A stretch of 486 nucleotides of DNA from a phage: the sequence record EF517058.1. One strand, given 5' to 3'. Below, in pieces: positions 1 through 486 of the stretch. Position numbers and translations under genes: made by a program. How positions within the stretch are numbered: position 1 is the first letter of the stretch; the number at the start of each line of letters is the position of its first letter. The notes under the pieces are model-generated. The model searched no databases. It saw nothing but the letters and a program-made list of their open reading frames with translations, and was not told the origin of the DNA.

Positions 1-134
1 CTCGTAAAGAGGCCACACAGTCACGCGCTCTGGCGATTCGCTCCAACGAACTGGCTAACAGTGCATCCACTAAAGTTACCGAGGCTGCTCGTGTGGCAAA
101 CCAAGCTCAACAGCTTTCCAAATTTTTTGAGTAA
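1..134 (+). CDS. 3' end of a small phage ORF (start lies upstream of the window); position matches T7 gene 4.3, hypothetical protein
   Basis: Frame 3 (codons from nt 3) is open to TAA at 132-134 and reads RKEATQSRALAIRSNELANSASTKVTEAARVANQAQQLSKFFE*, an Ala/Gln-rich, helix-like and protein-like composition. The alternative open frame 1 over the same bases gives a W/H/P/R-rich, non-protein-like translation. The stop lies 19 nt before the next start codon, as I recall for T7 genes 4.3/4.5. No start codon is visible because the gene begins upstream. Confidence 0.6.
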   Translation, partial: RKEATQSRALAIRSNELANSASTKVTEAARVANQAQQLSKFFE

Positions 135-140
135 TCAAAC

Positions 141-145
141 AGGAA
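141..145 (+). promoter_or_regulatory. Shine-Dalgarno / ribosome-binding site for the 154-423 ORF
   Basis: AGGAA at 141-145, with a 9-nt spacer from the AGGA core to the ATG at 154; lies in the short gap after the upstream stop codon. Confidence 0.6.
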
Positions 146-153
146 AAACCATT

Positions 154-423
154 ATGTCTAACGTAGCTGAAACTATCCGTCTATCCGATACAGCTGATCA
201 GTGGAACCGTCGAGTCCACATCAACGTTCGCAACGGTAAGGCGACTATGGTTTACCGCTGGAAGGACTCTAAGTCCTCTAAGAATCACACTCAGCGTATG
301 ACGTTGACAGATGAGCAAGCACTGCGTCTGGTCAATGCGCTTACTAAAGCTGCCGTGACAGCAATTCATGAAGCTAGTCGCGTCAATGAAGCTATGGCTA
401 TCCTCGACAAGATTGATAACTAA
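154..423 (+). CDS. 4.5: Small phage protein, 89 aa; likely a homologue of T7 gp4.5 (reported Lon protease-binding/inhibiting protein)
   Basis: ATG at 154 preceded by an SD; open frame to TAA at 421-423 (270 nt, 89 codons plus stop). Translation: MSNVAETIRLSDTADQWNRRVHINVRNGKATMVYRWKDSKSSKNHTQRMTLTDEQALRLVNALTKAAVTAIHEASRVNEAMAILDKIDN. Length, the 19-nt gap from the upstream gene, and the downstream hairpin and T7-type promoter match my recollection of the T7 gene 4.5 locus. The sequence-level match to gp4.5 is not verified. Confidence 0.85.
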   Translation: MSNVAETIRLSDTADQWNRRVHINVRNGKATMVYRWKDSKSSKNHTQRMTLTDEQALRLVNALTKAAVTAIHEASRVNEAMAILDKIDN

Positions 424-473
424 GAGTGGTATCCTCAAGGTCGCCAAAGTGGTGGCCTTCATGAATACTATTC
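424..473 (+). promoter_or_regulatory. Bipartite RNA hairpin with internal loop; candidate RNase III processing site (position matches T7 R4.7)
   Basis: Lower stem 424-432 (GAGUGGUAU) pairs with 465-473 (AUACUAUUC): 9 bp including 2 G-U. Internal loop 433-436 / 460-464. Upper stem 437-445 (AAGGUCGCC) pairs with 451-459 (GGUGGCCUU): 9 bp including 2 G-U. Apical loop 446-450 (AAAGU). Two stems around an internal bubble is the architecture of T7 RNase III sites. No U-tract follows, so it is not an intrinsic terminator. Confidence 0.45.
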
Positions 474-486
474 GACTCACTATAAG
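468..486 (+). promoter_or_regulatory. T7 RNA polymerase-type (class II) promoter, truncated at window end; position matches T7 phi4.7
   Basis: CTATTCGACTCACTATAAG aligns to the T7 consensus TAATACGACTCACTATAGG. The core -12 to -1 (CGACTCACTATA, 473-484) matches exactly. Differences are at -17, -16, -13 and +1 (A at 485 instead of G). Downstream bases are outside the window. Confidence 0.65.

Noticed and set aside
120-134. A3-T6 run (AAATTTTTT) two codons before the upstream stop, which with a +1 shift would fuse the upstream ORF to the open frame leading into the 154-423 gene
   Set aside because: There is no recognised +1 frameshift context (no rare/hungry codon or stimulatory element identified), a -1 slip would hit TGA at 128-130 immediately, and the open frame-1 stretch is explainable by chance. 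Purely speculative; it would need mass-spec evidence of a fusion protein.
61-153. N-terminal extension of the 154-423 ORF from GTG at 61 (the 120-aa version in the ORF track); frame 1 is in fact open from nt 1
   Set aside because: There is no SD upstream of GTG 61, the extension overlaps the better-supported frame-3 upstream gene, and its translation (HPLKLPRLLVWQTKLNSFPNF…) looks like an out-of-frame read. ATG 154 has a proper RBS and gives the expected 89-aa product. An open stretch of this length upstream of a start is expected by chance.
437-459. Upper hairpin stem considered as a rho-independent terminator
   Set aside because: The stem is followed by CAUGAAUACUAUUCG, not a U-tract, and the structure extends into a two-stem processing-type hairpin. 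This fits an RNase III site better than an intrinsic terminator.
181-480. 99-aa reverse-strand ORF from the six-frame track, antisense to the 154-423 gene
   Set aside because: It lies entirely antisense to a well-supported + strand gene with SD and clean boundaries, and it runs through the hairpin and promoter. T7-like phages transcribe essentially one strand. Its translation is Cys/His/Leu-rich in the way typical of antisense frames. Most likely a chance ORF.
1-486. Search for direct repeats, CRISPR-like spacing, IS-element inverted termini or tRNA-like structure
   Set aside because: No repeated units, terminal inverted repeats or cloverleaf-compatible segments are apparent; the window is fully accounted for by two ORFs plus the intergenic hairpin and promoter.

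Overview
The window looks like an early/middle (class II) gene region of a T7-like podophage, all on the + strand. It contains the 3' end of a small upstream ORF (frame 3, stop at 132-134), a 19-nt spacer with a Shine-Dalgarno, a complete 89-codon ORF (154-423), a roughly 50-nt two-stem hairpin just after its stop codon, and a T7-RNA-polymerase-type promoter core (CGACTCACTATA, 473-484) cut off by the window end. From memory, this layout matches T7 gene 4.3 (3' end) - gene 4.5 - RNase III site R4.7 - promoter phi4.7. I cannot run a search, so the T7 identification rests on recalled gene lengths, spacing and the promoter motif, not on verified protein identity. I see no evidence of a novel system here; the most interesting elements are the small gp4.5-like protein and the processing hairpin/promoter arrangement.
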